Assembly (NCBI GenBank): GCA_030390025.1
Contig: JASTWF010000033.1
Span: 622,001-686,000 of the forward strand
DNA: 64,000 bases
Direction of reading: 5' to 3'
Source of the DNA: Squalus acanthias
Taxonomy: Eukaryota
Shown: one piece after another, positions 33,481-46,417 of the stretch
Numbering within the stretch: position 1 is the first letter of the stretch
How the letters are laid out: every line of letters begins with the position of its first letter
Program-made: the position numbers and the translations under genes
Notes under the pieces: model-generated
What the model was told of the DNA's origin: nothing
The model's input: the letters and a program-made list of their open reading frames with translations, nothing else
Database searches by the model: none

Positions 33481-34049
33481 ATAGAATCTTAGGACTTTGG
33501 AACCACTGATTCAGAGAATAATGTAACCATAGATATAGAAAATCAGAGGCACACAGTTCAGAGAACTGAGAACCGCAGCATCTTAGAAGCAGAAATCAAC
33601 GTGAATGAAAATCAGGTAATTTGCATAATTGGCGGGCAATCTGAAATGCCAGTTTGCTGTCCAGGCAGCACGCTGAAAATCTACTCCATAGAATCAGAGA
33701 ACTGAAGTACGGTAGAATCAGTGCATTATCCAGCTGCAGCACCAACGATTCATAGAATTATACAGCTGTAGAACAGTACAATCATAGAATAAGTTACTAA
33801 AATAAACATAGGATTAAATACAGGAGTTGGTAACGCAGCCCCTGTAACCTGTTCTATCATTCAATTGTATCATGGCTGATAACTTAATTCCCTTGAAACA
33901 TTTACCAAAAACAACCTCAATATTGAAAATGTCTCTATTCTCACTATTTACAATTTTTGATAGGCAAATTTCTAGATTGTTCTGGATTTCCAAACAACAG
34001 CATATGGATTTTATGTATCTACCCTGCCAAATCTGCATCTAACATTGAA

Positions 34050-35310
34050 ACATAGAAACATAAACATAGAAACATAGAAGATAGGAGCAGGAGTAGGCCA
34101 TTCAGCCCCTCGAGCCTGCTCCACCATTCAATGAAATCATGGCTGATCATCCAAATTCAGTAACCTCTCCCTGCCTTCTCCCCATATCCCTTGATCCCTT
34201 TAGCTTTAAGAAATATATCTAACTCCTTCTTGAATATATTTAATGAATTGGCCTATACTGCCTTCTGTGGTAGAGAATTCCACAGGTTCACCACTTTCTG
34301 GGTGAAGAAATTCCTCCTCATCTCAGTCCTAAATGGCTTACCCCTTTTCCTTAGACTGTGACCCCTGGTTCTGGACTCCCCCGCCATCGGGAACATCCTT
34401 CCTGCATCTAGTCTGTCTAGTCCTGTTAGAATTTTATAAGTTTCAATGAGATCTCCTCTCATTCTTCTAAACTCCATCGAGTATAAGCCCAATCGACACA
34501 ATCTGTCCTCATACGTCATGCCTGCCATCCCAGGTATCAGCCTGGTGAATCTTCGCTGCACTCCCTCCATGGCAAGAACATCCTTCCTCAGAAAAGGCGA
34601 CCAAAACTGCACACAATACACAAGATGTGGTCTCACCAAGGCCCTGTACAACTGCAGCAAGACATCCTTGTTCCTTTACTCGAACCCTTTCGCTACGAAG
34701 GCCAACATACCATTTGCCTTCTTAACCGCCTGCTGCACCTGCATGCTTACCTTCAGCGACTGGTGCACAAGGACATCCAGGTCTCGTTGCACTTCCCCTT
34801 TTCCCAATCTATTGCCATTCAGATAATAATCCGCCTTTCTGTTTTTGACGCAAAAGTGGATAACCTCGCATTTATCCACATTATATTGCATCTGCCCTGC
34901 TTCTGCCCAATCACCCATCCTGTCCAAATCATATTGAGTTTCTCGGCATTCTCCTCACGGCACACACTCCCACCCAGCTTTGTGCCGTCTGCAAACTTAT
35001 GGATATTACATCCAATTCTCTCGTCTAGATCATTAATATATATTGTGAAAAGCTGGGGTCCTAGGACCGATCCCTGCGGTACCCCACTAGTCACTGCCTG
35101 CCATTCGGAAAAAGACCCATTTATTCCAACTCTTTGCTTCCTGTCTGCCAACCAGTTCTCTATCCAAGGCAGTACCTTACCTCCAATCCCATGTGCATTA
35201 ACTTTGCACGCTAATCTCTTATGCGGGACCTTATGGAAAGCCTTCTGAAAGTCCAAATACACCACATCCACTGGTCCCCCCTTATCTATTCTACCAGTTA
35301 CATCATCAAA
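34050..35310 (-). mobile_element. 5'-truncated CR1 LINE (subfamily with (TTCTATGT)n tail)
   Basis: Minus ORFs 34819-35271, 34676-34927 and 34253-34660 are the RT C-terminal half. Tail (GAAACATA)n at 34050-34080. Confidence 0.95.
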
Positions 35311-37494
35311 ACATGCCTTAAGCTTTTAAAAAAACTCGATGAATTCACTCATTATAATTGCAAACCCGCCTGTCCTCATTATTTTACACTTCAGTGGTGG
35401 TGAAAATGGTTTGGGGGTGGTCGGGTCTTCCCGATTCCCATTATTCTTCGTGGGAAGATGTGCTTCCCGATTTTGCTCGTGAATGACCTAGCTTTATTTT
35501 TAAAGCTACGCTCCCTTCTTTTGGAGGACATAATTTCTTAGCATCCATCCTACTGAATATTTTTATCATTTTGAACGCTTCTATCAGATCTCCTTCAATG
35601 TTCTATACTCAGGGGAACACACATTTCTGCTGTTGATTACGTTCTGTAGCCCTCAAAGGCCAACACATGCTTGCTGAGGTGCAATGTCTAGAACTGAACC
35701 AATTCTCTAGAGGGGGGCCTCACCAAGGCTCTCCACAACTGGAGGATAACTTTCTCCGCTTTGACTTCCAGCCCCCTTGACATAGGGGCCAACATTCCAT
35801 CAATCATTTGATTAGGTTTGTTATCTGTCTATTAGCTTGCAATGATTTATCTGCACAGATACCGAATATATATTTGATTCTACATAGTTCGTAGTTTCTC
35901 ACGATACAGAGCATCCTCCGAATTCGTTTTCTGGATCTGGAGTGATGGCCTCACGCTTTCCCGTATTGAGATCATTTTGCTACAGTTGTTCCTATTTACT
36001 TCAACTGTTTTATGTCCTTTTGTAAATTCCTGCTCCCATCTACACATTCTAATGTGTCTGCCAACTAAGTGCAGACGTGTAATATACAACTCTCTATTCC
36101 TTCATCCAAACCATTGACAAATATGGTGAAAGGATGAGGACACAGAATAGATTCATGTGCAACAGAACTTGTCACATCAAGACAATCAGATTATTTGCAA
36201 TTTATCCAAACTCTCTGTCTGCTACCTCCCAACCAAATTCCAACCCATTTCACAATGTTGCTGCCAATTCCACACGCTTTCATTTTTGCTAATATCTCTT
36301 GTTCAAAACCTGATCGACTACCTTCTGGAAGTCCATGCAGAGAACATCCAGGGGCACTCCTTTCTCTAGCATGTTAGTGACCTCCTGAAAATAATCAACT
36401 AGTTTACTCTTGCCTCCATGGCAATTAATATCTCATACAGACTAATTCAATTTTCCTGCTCGCTAGCCGTACCTATTAATAGTATATATTCCATGAAGTT
36501 AATATATGTCCATTGACGTTAATGGAGAAGAAAATCGATTGCGGTGTAAAAGTGTCTCCCGGTTCGCTGTAACTCAGTTTCGTGAAACTGGCTGAGACCA
36601 ATTTCACCCCGTTGAGTCTGGAGCTGACAAAAGCAGGGATCAATGTTAAAAAGTAAATCGTGCATTTAATGTTATCACACACTATTCCGCCGTTGCCATA
36701 GTTTATGTGATACATCTGAGAGGAATACTGTTCTCTGTTCACTTCACTGTAAAGGTAAAGTGCCGTGTATGCACCGTCACTGTAAGAAAACATTGGAGGA
36801 AGAACTGAGTTCAACTGACCTGTAAATGAGCAAAGTTCTGGCAGAAAGACTGCACTCGTTATTCAAGTCTTCCTGAAGAGAAATGTTTGAAATAATGTTC
36901 GGATATTATTGACACAGCGATTGTCGAGGCCAAGTGTGGTCTTCAGGTGAAGCGTCTTTAGAGGCTGGGGGAATAATTGGAGCAGGGCGCACACATGTAC
37001 TTCACTTCTCATTTTAGAATTCTGTCCTCATTTTTATATAATGCTTTAATTATTTGGAATAAAACTGCAAAGCCAAAGGTGATTTGCGAAGCAGAGTTTG
37101 ATGCAACATATGGGGTTCCTCTAGAGTACAGGCAGATCATCTAGGAAAGCGCGACTACTGTTACATTGCAGCAGGAGAATTTAATTTGAAATTATGACTA
37201 AATGCGACAACAAGAATTACGGTTTTCCATATATTACAGATAGAGCTAAAGAAAGATAATGGGGGCATAAAACTGTGTTGTGGGATTATAGGTACAAATG
37301 CTTTCAGCCTTCCTCTGTAATTCACCTCCTCAATATTTTAGCTGAATATGTTTTTACTCCTTTACATTGCTGTCCGTCTCTTCAACCGTCTGCTCAGATG
37401 CCTGGTTGTTCGCCGGCTTTCTGTTGAATGATTCTGAGAGCACCGAGTTAGAGAAAACCTCAATATTTGTACCTCTAATCATTGTGTCTTGTAG

Positions 37495-37588
37495 GTATGT
37501 TGAAGAACATATATAGAAAACGGGAGTTGCAACAGAAACACAAGGATTTACCTTCGTCACCAGTGGCAGGAAAAGGGAATCCCTCACA
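37495..37588 (+). pseudogene. GTPase exon B (in-frame TAG at 37514-37516)
   Basis: TTGTAG|..YVEEHI*KTGVATETQGFTFVTSGRKRESLT|GTGAGT. Confidence 0.9.
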
Positions 37589-38064
37589 GTGAGTAATCTC
37601 ATGAATCATCACCGAGCCCTGGCTCATTCTGTGTCACTGATTGACTGCCTGGGAAGGAAATTCAATAAACACGAAACACTAAACTAGAGGATATTGTCTT
37701 CTGAGCCGAAGTGTGAGGGATCTGATCTCCCTCCTACCCGACCCGAAGCCCTGGATATCCCATTAATAGGGTGTGTAAACCCGGTTATTGTCTCCCATCC
37801 TCCGTCCCACGCATGGATTTGACATAGCTGCATGGATAGCTGTTTCTACCTTTCTAGCCCAAAGGGTTGAGGTTATTCTACTGTGATCACCGATTGAGAT
37901 ACGGAAACGCAGCACGGAACAGTGAGCGAGATGGGGGAGTTAATTGTATGTCTTGGGAAACACAGGGAAATATTCAACTTAAAGCTACTCCAAAAAGGAA
38001 CATTTTAAACAAGTTACGAGGAGTTAGCATTTACTTCCTCTAATGTTTGTTTTTATTTTCACAG

Positions 38065-38119
38065 GGCAAGACTACACTCCACCTATACCCGCAATTCCAA
38101 GCTCTGGAACAGATCGAAG
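38065..38119 (+). pseudogene. GTPase exon C
   Basis: TTTTCACAG|GKTTLHLYPQFQALEQIE(G)|GTAAAT. Confidence 0.85.
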
Positions 38120-38464
38120 GTAAATTCACAGCGACTGTCAGTATTGCAGACAACAGGAGGGGGAACGCTCACTTTCTCTCTTCCCTCAATCCAGTGAAGT
38201 TTCCACTGTTGAACTGTGAGCCTTTCACAGGCAGGATGTCCGACAGATTAACCGGCGGTAACTAAATATTGAAATTAGGACTCGCAGATTTAAGCAATGT
38301 AGCCTTGGACAGTGAGCACGTGCTGTATTGGAGGTGAAGCATCGACTGCAAGCTGGGAAGATGATAGACATTTTGTGTGAGTGACTCGTGCTTGAAGTTG
38401 TAGGTTGATGGACAGGTGATTGAACTGTGCTTCCCGGAGAAAGATTGGTCTTTTGCAAGCCAGA

Positions 38465-38580
38465 AAGAGACAAGAGAGGAAACAACAGAGATAGAGAGAG
38501 AGAGAAAGAGAGGATGAGAGAGAGAGACAGAGAGAAGAGAGAGAGAGAGAAAGACGGAGATAGATAGATAGATATGGATG
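38465..38580. repeat. (GA)n-rich microsatellite; another at ~57380-57680
   Basis: Direct inspection. Confidence 0.85.
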
Positions 38581-39254
38581 GATTGAGAGAAGTTTCTCTC
38601 CATTAGAACAAAGACAGTTAGCAGTTGAGAATTCTGCTGGATTGTTGCAAGGAGAATGGAGAAAAACTATTCCCACAGGTGGGTGAATCTATAACTTATA
38701 AGCTTTTCATTATAAGCAAAAGAGGGGAGAGGTTAGGAGATGTTTTAAGCAGGTGATTGTTAGGATATGGAGTGATTTATCAGAAATAGTTGGGTACATA
38801 GATTCAGCATAGTTTTTAAAAGGGAAGGGAATGCATATTTCGCAATGTAAAACATGGGAATGGGGAAAGGGTGGGGAAATGGGACTAAGGGGTTTGCTCT
38901 TTCAGAGAGCAAGCGAAGCCACAATGAGCCGAATGGCCTCCTCCTGCACTGTAAAATTCCACGATGCTGTTTGCTTATTGTTCTGATGCATCTACTTTCA
39001 ATCTATATGGGATGATTTACACTTTATTACAGTAGGTTTTATGTGGCAAGTAATACAAAAGCCGGGATTTGCTGGGAGCGCGCATCAAAGAGCTGGGTTT
39101 GGATTAAAGGGCTTATCGGGTCAGCCGGAGCTCCGTGGCAGCATCATCACCTCTGAGTCAGAAGACAGTGGGTTAAAGGACTCCAGCTCTCGAGCACATA
39201 GGTTGCCTGATATTTCAGTGCAGTAATGAGGGAGTGCTGAAAAGGAGATGAACA

Positions 39255-39530
39255 GAGGGTATAGACACTAAATGGGGAACAAACAGTGTTTTAGAAACTA
39301 AGTGGTGAATGAACAGGGGGGATATAAACTAAATGGGAAATAAACTGTAGAATAGGAACTAAATTGAGAATAATCAGGGTAATAGAAACTAAATGGGAAA
39401 TCAACTGTAGAATAGGAACTAAATGGAGAATAATTAGGGTAATAGAAACTAAATGGAAAATAAACTGTAGAATAGGAACTAAATGGAGAATAATTAGGGT
39501 AATAGAAACTAAATGGGAAATAACAAGGGA
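39255..39530. repeat. 60-bp (2 x 30-bp subunit) minisatellite
   Basis: AATAGAAACTAAATGGGAAATAAACTGTAGAATAGGAACTAAATGGAGAATAATTAGGGT repeated with period 60. Confidence 0.9.
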
Positions 39531-39744
39531 ACAGCAACTACATTGAAATAAAAAGGAGAATAGACACTGAATTGAAAAATGCACGTGGAATACTCACGGA
39601 GAATGTAAAATCAGTTGGTCATATACAGCGGGATAGAAATAAAATGTGTCATAAACGGCAGAATGCAGACTAACTGGGAAAGAACAGGTGTAATAGAATC
39701 TAAATGGGAAATATAGAGGAGAATAGGGGACTAAACAGGAGCGT

Positions 39745-40170
39745 GTTCAGGCACATTTTGATACCGAGATAACATTTAGGATATTCGGACAGATGACCAA
39801 AAGCTTTATCAAAGAGATAGGTTTTAAGGAGCGATTAAAGGAGGAGATAGAGGTAGAGAGGCGGAGAGGTTTACAGAGGGAACCGCAGAGTTTCGGGCCC
39901 AGGCAGCTGAGGGACGGCCGCCAATAGTGGAGCATTGAATAGCGGAGATGTGCAACAGGCTAGAATTGATGGAGCTCAGAGCTCTCGGAGGGCTGTAGGG
40001 CTGGAGTAGGTTACAGAGATTATGAGGGTCGAGGCCATGTGGGATTTATTGAACACATGAATGTTAATTTTAAAATCGAGGCATTTGCAGACAGGGTGGC
40101 AAAGTCGGTCAGTAAGAATAGGGTTGATGGGTGAATGGGACTTGGTGCGATTTAAGACACGAGGAGCAGA
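39745..40170 (-). mobile_element. L2-type LINE 3' fragment
   Basis: Reverse complement resembles the 3' region of 52515-53140. Confidence 0.7.
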
Positions 40171-40741
40171 GTTTTAGGTGAGGGGGAATATGAACTAAAT
40201 GGGGAATAAACAAGTGGAATACCAACGCATAGAATCAAACATAGTACAATTTGCGAAGCAGAGAAGTAGAGGTCGGTGAAGTATACGTTCTTCTGTGCAT
40301 AAAGGTTGATGAGCTGAAAGATAAAAAACTGAGGTACCACAGCACCGCCACTGACAGGAGGGTGGAATTACAGCATAATGTTCCCATTCAGTTTCTATTA
40401 TAAAATGGACACAGAAATTTATAATTTGGAAAATGTTGTTGGAAATGTGTGACAAAAACATGACTTTGGAACAGTTGCAGACAGGAATTGTACACAGACA
40501 TAAGACTTTTTTTGATATATTTATGATATAGCCATCTCATCAATTCCATTGCGGGATATTATCATTAAATCTATTTTGGAATTTAAATTAATTTACTATC
40601 AAGGGAGGTTGATGAATAAAGAAAGCCTTTCGCGAATTACAAACACACCAACATGAAATGGAAAGTCCTATTCTTGCAGCTGAACCTGGAATTCTGGAAC
40701 AACTTCTGCTCCTGCTCACTGCTCGTTCTGTGCTCCCACAT

Positions 40742-40881
40742 GAGTGACAGACTACCTGGCCACCGAGATCAGCAACTCCAAACAGAAGCAGTTTAACCTG
40801 GTGACCTTTATCGATACCCAGGCCTTGTGGATGGAGACATGACCTATGAGTTTGATGTTGACAAAGCGCTTATCTGGCTGG
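40742..40881 (+). pseudogene. GTPase exon D (G3 motif; acceptor AG>AT, -1 frameshift)
   Basis: VTDYLATEISNSKQKQFNLVTFIDT(fs)GLVDGDMTYEFDVDKALIWL(G)|GTAAGA. 140 nt where 141 is needed. Confidence 0.9.
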
Positions 40882-40989
40882 GTAAGAGATCAACCCGCAC
40901 TCTGAGATACACACCAGTGCTCGATCATTTGGAAGTTGCTGTCAACAAATTTCAATATTAAATCTGGCAGATTTCGATAATTTGCTTTT

Positions 40990-41408
40990 ATATTCATTCT
41001 CGGGATGTCAGCGTCACTGGCAACCTTGGCATTGATCGCCCATGCTTAGTTCTCCTGAAAATGTGTTGGGGGAATTTCTTCTCAAATTGGTGATATATTT
41101 TCTGTGATGTAACAAAGCCGCTCCAAGTTTACTTCAGAGGCGAGTTGTCAAACCAACTGCTGAGGGACTGGAGTCACGTGTATGCCAGATCGGGTAAGGA
41201 TGACAGTTTGACTTCCCTAAATGGCTTTAATAAACCAGTTAGTTGTTTATGACAATCCGCCAGCCTTATACTCACGTTTACTAATATCAGCGTTTTCTTT
41301 CCAGATTGTTTAAAAAAAGGAATCAAATTCTTATTTTCTGTGGTAGGATTTGAATGCAAGTTTTGCTCGATTTCTAGTCCAGCAACTTAAACACTACACT
41401 GCCGTACC
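40990..41408 (-). mobile_element. tRNA-headed SINE of the 45985-46417 family, older copy; partial copy also at ~42500-42705
   Basis: Reverse complement contains the head, the GTGACTCCAG core and the LINE-derived tail. Confidence 0.7.
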
Positions 41409-41864
41409 TAACCCAATGTATGCGGGAATCGGATGACAGAGGGATACCTGGGAGCCTGGACACCAATGAGCAAGGGATGTTCTTGTTCTAAGTTATTTCG
41501 TTGTATCTGTGTTCAGAAATGAACCATCGTCCACCCTTCCCCGTAAAGATCTAATAATTAAAGGGAAACAGGAAGAACTTTGTTCAGAAACAGTATTAAC
41601 CAGAATGACAGAAGGTTCCATTTGTACAGCGACTTTAGACAGAAAATGATAAAGGAAAAGACAAGAATGGATAACAGTTATAGGGTTCAGAAACGGAATA
41701 AAGACTTGTATTTAAATATTAGATTAAATAATCTGTTTAAAGGTGGATCGCCAAGTGAGAAGTTTAATGGGAGAGTTTGAGTGAGTGATAAGGAATTTGA
41801 TAATAGGAGTGGGGTAAAGGCTGCAGAGCAAACTGTGGGCGAGGATGAGGATTTTACATTCTTT

Positions 41865-42045
41865 GGCCTAGAAATTCGGCTCGGGCGGTGGCGAAAAACG
41901 AGCGGTATCGGATCGGCCGCCCATTGTTCGCCGTGCCTGATATTCAGTTCTATTGCAGTTTACTGAATATCGGGCGCTGCGTAAAACGGGCGGCCGATCC
42001 GATAGCGCTCGCTTTGCGCCACCGCCCGAGACGAATTCCTAGCCC
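41865..42045. mobile_element. 181-bp palindromic (hairpin) MITE
   Basis: Two ~84-bp inverted arms, GGCCTAGAAATTCGG..GATATTCAGT / ACTGAATATC..CGAATTCCTAGCCC, around a short loop. Confidence 0.85.
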
Positions 42046-43203
42046 GCTGACTCTGGAGAATAAGGAAACAGGGTAGGTCAGTGAAGATGGGAGTGATGGG
42101 AGACCAAAACTCACTGCGACAGGAAGTGGGAGGCGAGGCGACATTTTAAATGAGCTTGTTAAGCGTCTGTTGACAATATTACATTTCATGATTTCTGGAT
42201 TTGAAAATCCACTCAGGTAGTGTTTCTGTTTGCCTGGTTTGCAATCCGACTCACTCCCCATAGTCCACATCCACTCAGGAATCCACACCGGGTAGGGTAG
42301 ATCCAACACCGATCGCCGGTAAACGGTCTGCTGATTGCTCAGCCGGTGGTGAGCCTGACTTGTTCTGCAGGGCCTGTGAACCTAAGTCGGAAGCACATCG
42401 CCGACCAGCGACAGGCTATCCCTCATCTCCCAATAAAGAATGCGATAGCTGGTCATTCAGAGTGTCCTGCAGTGTAGCGGAACCTGTCTCACCAAATAGT
42501 AAGGGACTGGAGTCACATGTAGTCCAGACCGGATAGGCATCTCCGAAGTGATGTTAGTGAGTGTTTGTTATAATAATCCAGCAGCCTCCATGGTCATTTT
42601 TTTGGTACCAAATTATTTCATTCTGTTTCACAACTCACCATGGTGAGATTTCAATTCACAACCTCTGGGTTTCTAGTCAAGTACCACGACCACTTCACTA
42701 CCACCCACTTCATGAACGGAGACTTCTTTGTTTCCCTTTTTTGCTGCTTTCTCCATTCTGGAGAATAACTCTTGCCGGGTTCTGTACCACGGGCGTGGGT
42801 GCCCTTTGGTACCTGGTGTGATTAGAGACTCTCCATATTTGAGCCAAGACACTGTGCGTGGGCTGGCGTTTCCTTGCTGCAGTCTGATACAATGGAGCCC
42901 ATTCGGTCCCCTCACCTTACCCGGACGCGCAAGGAGTCAAAAGCCAGGGATGAACTATGGGAGTCAGTCGCTGGTTGGCCCCTCCCTGACCCAGTGCCCA
43001 CTCAGTAAAGTTGCAGCGTCCAGTGCACCCCGGCTGAGAGTAGTTGAGCAGCAGAGCTTGTGAACAAGTTTGTAACGTCATAGGCTTCAGCCCCGCCACT
43101 TTCAGAGCACTCACCCATCCATTGTGGTCATTTATTGGGCATTATTGAGACACTCCTAACACCGTGTAAGTTTCCGAATTGTTCACTCGTTTTCTGTCTG
43201 CAG

Positions 43204-43364
43204 GTGAACAGGCCGATCTGATCTTTGTCTTCTTTGACCCGATGGGCCAGGCCCTGTGTAAACGGGCACTGAACGTTGTGGAAAAGCTGAACGAAAAACA
43301 CGATGATAAACTGAAGTTCTACCTGAGCAAAGTCGATGAAGCTGGTCTTGAGAGTGACAGACAG
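43204..43364 (+). pseudogene. GTPase exon E (G4-like SKVD)
   Basis: CTGCAG|..EQADLIFVFFDPMGQALCKRALNVVEKLNEKHDDKLKFYLSKVDEAGLESDRQ|GTACAG. Confidence 0.92.
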
Positions 43365-45289
43365 GTACAGAGAGAGTTCACTTTATTGCAACTGAGAGTC
43401 CCCTTCATGGCTGGATTTGCAAATTCAGTGATTTGATCACGGTGCTCAGTGAAAAGTGCGGCCAATTAATACAAGGCAGATGCGATGTGGAATCGATGCG
43501 TACAATGAGATTCTTTACAAACATCGCCCCGAATCTCTCCTCCCACACACACATTAAGGTGTTCCTTTTGAATGAGTGAATAGTACTATTAAAAAGTCCC
43601 ACCCAACTCATTAATTGAATAAGGGTTCCGCAATTGAAAGTCATACATGTTGTCCTTATTGTGATATAATTCCTTGATTTGATATTGTTACTTATAATTA
43701 AATAGTAAAGCTTACTGCAATTTGGAAAGTTGATTTTGTTGACGCTGCTTGTACATTTTCTGCCGGAGAGGCTCAGAAGCGGGGAGACGTAAATGTGAGA
43801 CGCTACAGCGCCACCACAGGCGGCGCATAGTTAAAGTTGGTTCTGCAGTTTGCAGTATAAACTTGGACCAAGGAATTTTTAAATGGAGAATGTGACAACA
43901 GGAAGTTAGGTTTTGTAGACAGGAAGTACACGCAGGCATAAGGTTTTGAATAGGTCGTAGATAATAAAAGGATTAAAACTTGCCAATAGCTGTCGGTTGC
44001 AATATCTGACAACGTGATTTGAATCCAGCGTTGGAATTGTTTTGCATGATAACAGAGCACGTTTCCAGATCCTAATAGCAAAGCTATAAGGTTTTGAGAA
44101 GCTTTTCTCCCCTTATCACTTACTGTACACCATCCTGACTGTGCACCTGGACAGTATTGACGGCACGGGCAGCATTTGCGGAGAGCTATGAACACAAAGT
44201 ACAGTAACAGAGTTCTGGTATAAGATTAGCAACGCATTTAAAAGAATGATTGGAGCGCAATGGAGGTCGCACAATACAAATACCAGGCTGGACTCTATGG
44301 GACAGATTGGGGGACTGGTTGTCTCGCACTAACAATCCAAATTTCGGGATTTAAACACCAACCACAGCAAGATGTGCCATTGAATTCAATAAAATATGAT
44401 AATTTTTGGACTGGGGCCAAAGGAAATTATGGTGAATGTTACTGAAGTTCAGGAGGAGGCAATGGATCCTCTCTCAGGATTTGATGAATCTTGTAGTTTT
44501 GGCTAACCTTCATTCCTTAACTAAAGCCATCAAAGGACAGATTAACTGGTCATTTTACTCAACCTCAAGATTGTTTTATAAACTCAACTTGTGACATAAT
44601 GCCCTTCAGGGAAATAAACCTCCCCCATCTACCTGGTTTGGATTACAGAAAACTCCAGTTCCGGGTAGATTTCGACTTTGTACGATACAGTAAAATGTAT
44701 AATAGCGCGTCTTCCGAATGTCGTTCATCTCCCCCGATTTTTAGTTTCGTCGTGCTAAATCTTAATGCCCCCATCGCAACCCAGGATGGGCAACAAATGC
44801 AGCTACACTGCGAGAGCAAATTTACAAAGTGATCCCGTAAAGATACTCAGAGATATGAAACTTGGGGGCTGAATGTAATGCATGAAAGCTTTTAACGCAG
44901 ATTTTGCGACTTCTACTCCTTGATCAGCAGTTAGATCGTCCAATTATCCCCCTATTCTCAGCAAAATAAAGCAGCAAAAGCAATGATTCCTAATTGGGTG
45001 TGAAATAGGAAACATAAAGCTTATTTTGGTTCAATGCCTCAATCGAAATAATGGATCTGAATCAGCAAACTGTGTTTCCTAATCTATTTATGTTTGAAGC
45101 TGCTTTGCGTCTCCAGAATTGCCTGCTTTGTTCTACGTGTTAAGTACAAGTCTTTGTAAATCATTGACTTTAGATGAAATACCAATTTTACAGATCCATA
45201 GTAGCATTTTGAGGTCGATAGCGGAGCAGTGCACTGATTGCCTTTACCAATATCTCACATATTGCACAGGCGGCTCTCATTTAGTCCTA

Positions 45290-45690
45290 AACACTCGCCT
45301 CGGAATCAGAAGATCACCGGTTCATGCCTCATTCTAGAAGTTATGTCCACAATGCAGGCTGACGCCCAGTGCAGTGCTGGGCGAGTACTGCCATGTGGGA
45401 GCTATCATCTTTTGGATCAGAAGTTAAACTGAAGCCTCGTCTGCTTGTTCAGGTGAACGTAAAAACTACTCTGGCACTATTTGAAGAAGGTAGTGATATT
45501 GGCGAATATTCATTCCTTAATCAACGCCACTAAAAATAACGTAAGTGATCATTTATCTCAATACCGTTTGCAGGAAATTGCTTTGTTGCTGCGTTTGCCT
45601 GAAATTAACAATGACTGTACTTGTGCAGTTGATTAACTGTGAAGTGGTTCGGGACTTTCTGAGGATGTGAAATGCTCTATAACAGTAGGA
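45290..45690 (+). mobile_element. Deu-domain SINE, decayed
   Basis: Head, core and tail colinear with the reverse complement of 7765-8200. Confidence 0.7.
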
Positions 45691-45776
45691 TTAATTTATT
45701 TCTGATGGGATGTTGTTTACTGATGTCCGGACATGTGCTGAGATTTATAGTGGAATATGTTTGTGTCATTCCTCAG

Positions 45777-45875
45777 AGAGTTATGATGCAGATAGTACAA
45801 GAGCTGTGCAAGAGACCCGGGCTGAACAAATGTGGCTTTGATATGCCGACCATCTACATCCCAGATCCCAACAAG
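45777..45875 (+). pseudogene. GTPase exon F
   Basis: CCTCAG|RVMMQIVQELCKRPGLNKCGFDMPTIYIPDPNK|GTAGGG. Confidence 0.92.
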
Positions 45876-45984
45876 GTAGGGCCGTGTTTCCTGAAAGTTA
45901 ATCAGGAATGTACAGACCTCACTGAAACAACGCTCTGTAGACGCTGCACGCGCTGCTTCCAATGTGTATGTTGGATAAGGAACA

Positions 45985-46417
45985 GGTAGCATAGTGGTTA
46001 TGTTACTGGACTAGAATTCCAAGAGAGCTGGACTAATGATCCAGAGACATGAGTTCAGAATCCCACCACAGCAGCTGGGGAATTTAAATTCAGCTAATAA
46101 TTAAATCTGGAATAAAAAGCTAGTAGAAGTAATGGTAACCACTGAAACTATCGGATTGTCGCAAAAACCCATCTGTTTCACTAATGTCCTTTCGGGAAGG
46201 AAAGCTGCCGCCCTTACCTGGTCTGGCCTATATGTGACTCCAGACCCACAGCAATGTGGTTGACTCTTAACTGCCTTAGCAATCCGCAACGAGAAACAAT
46301 AATACTGTAGCGGTTCAAGAAGGCTGTACACCACCACTTTCTTAAGGGCAATTAGGGTTGGGCAATAAGTGCCGGCCTGGCCAGCAACGCCCACATCCCA
46401 GGAACGAATAAGAAAAA
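45985..46417 (+). mobile_element. tRNA-derived SINE sharing both head and tail with the Zenon-like LINE
   Basis: A-box TAGCATAGTGG and B-box-like GAGTTCAGAATCC. Head matches 58268-58600; tail matches 2435-2545. Confidence 0.85.

Noticed and set aside
34446..35248. Plus-strand ORFs here and similar antisense ORFs over other CR1 copies
   Set aside because: Shadow frames opposite LINE ORF2 with no independent motif.
39291..39584. Repetitive-peptide ORFs (also 62214-62630)
   Set aside because: Translations of 60-bp and 48-bp minisatellites.
45985..46070. tRNA gene
   Set aside because: A/B-box-like motifs belong to a SINE head; no clean cloverleaf, and it continues into SINE body.
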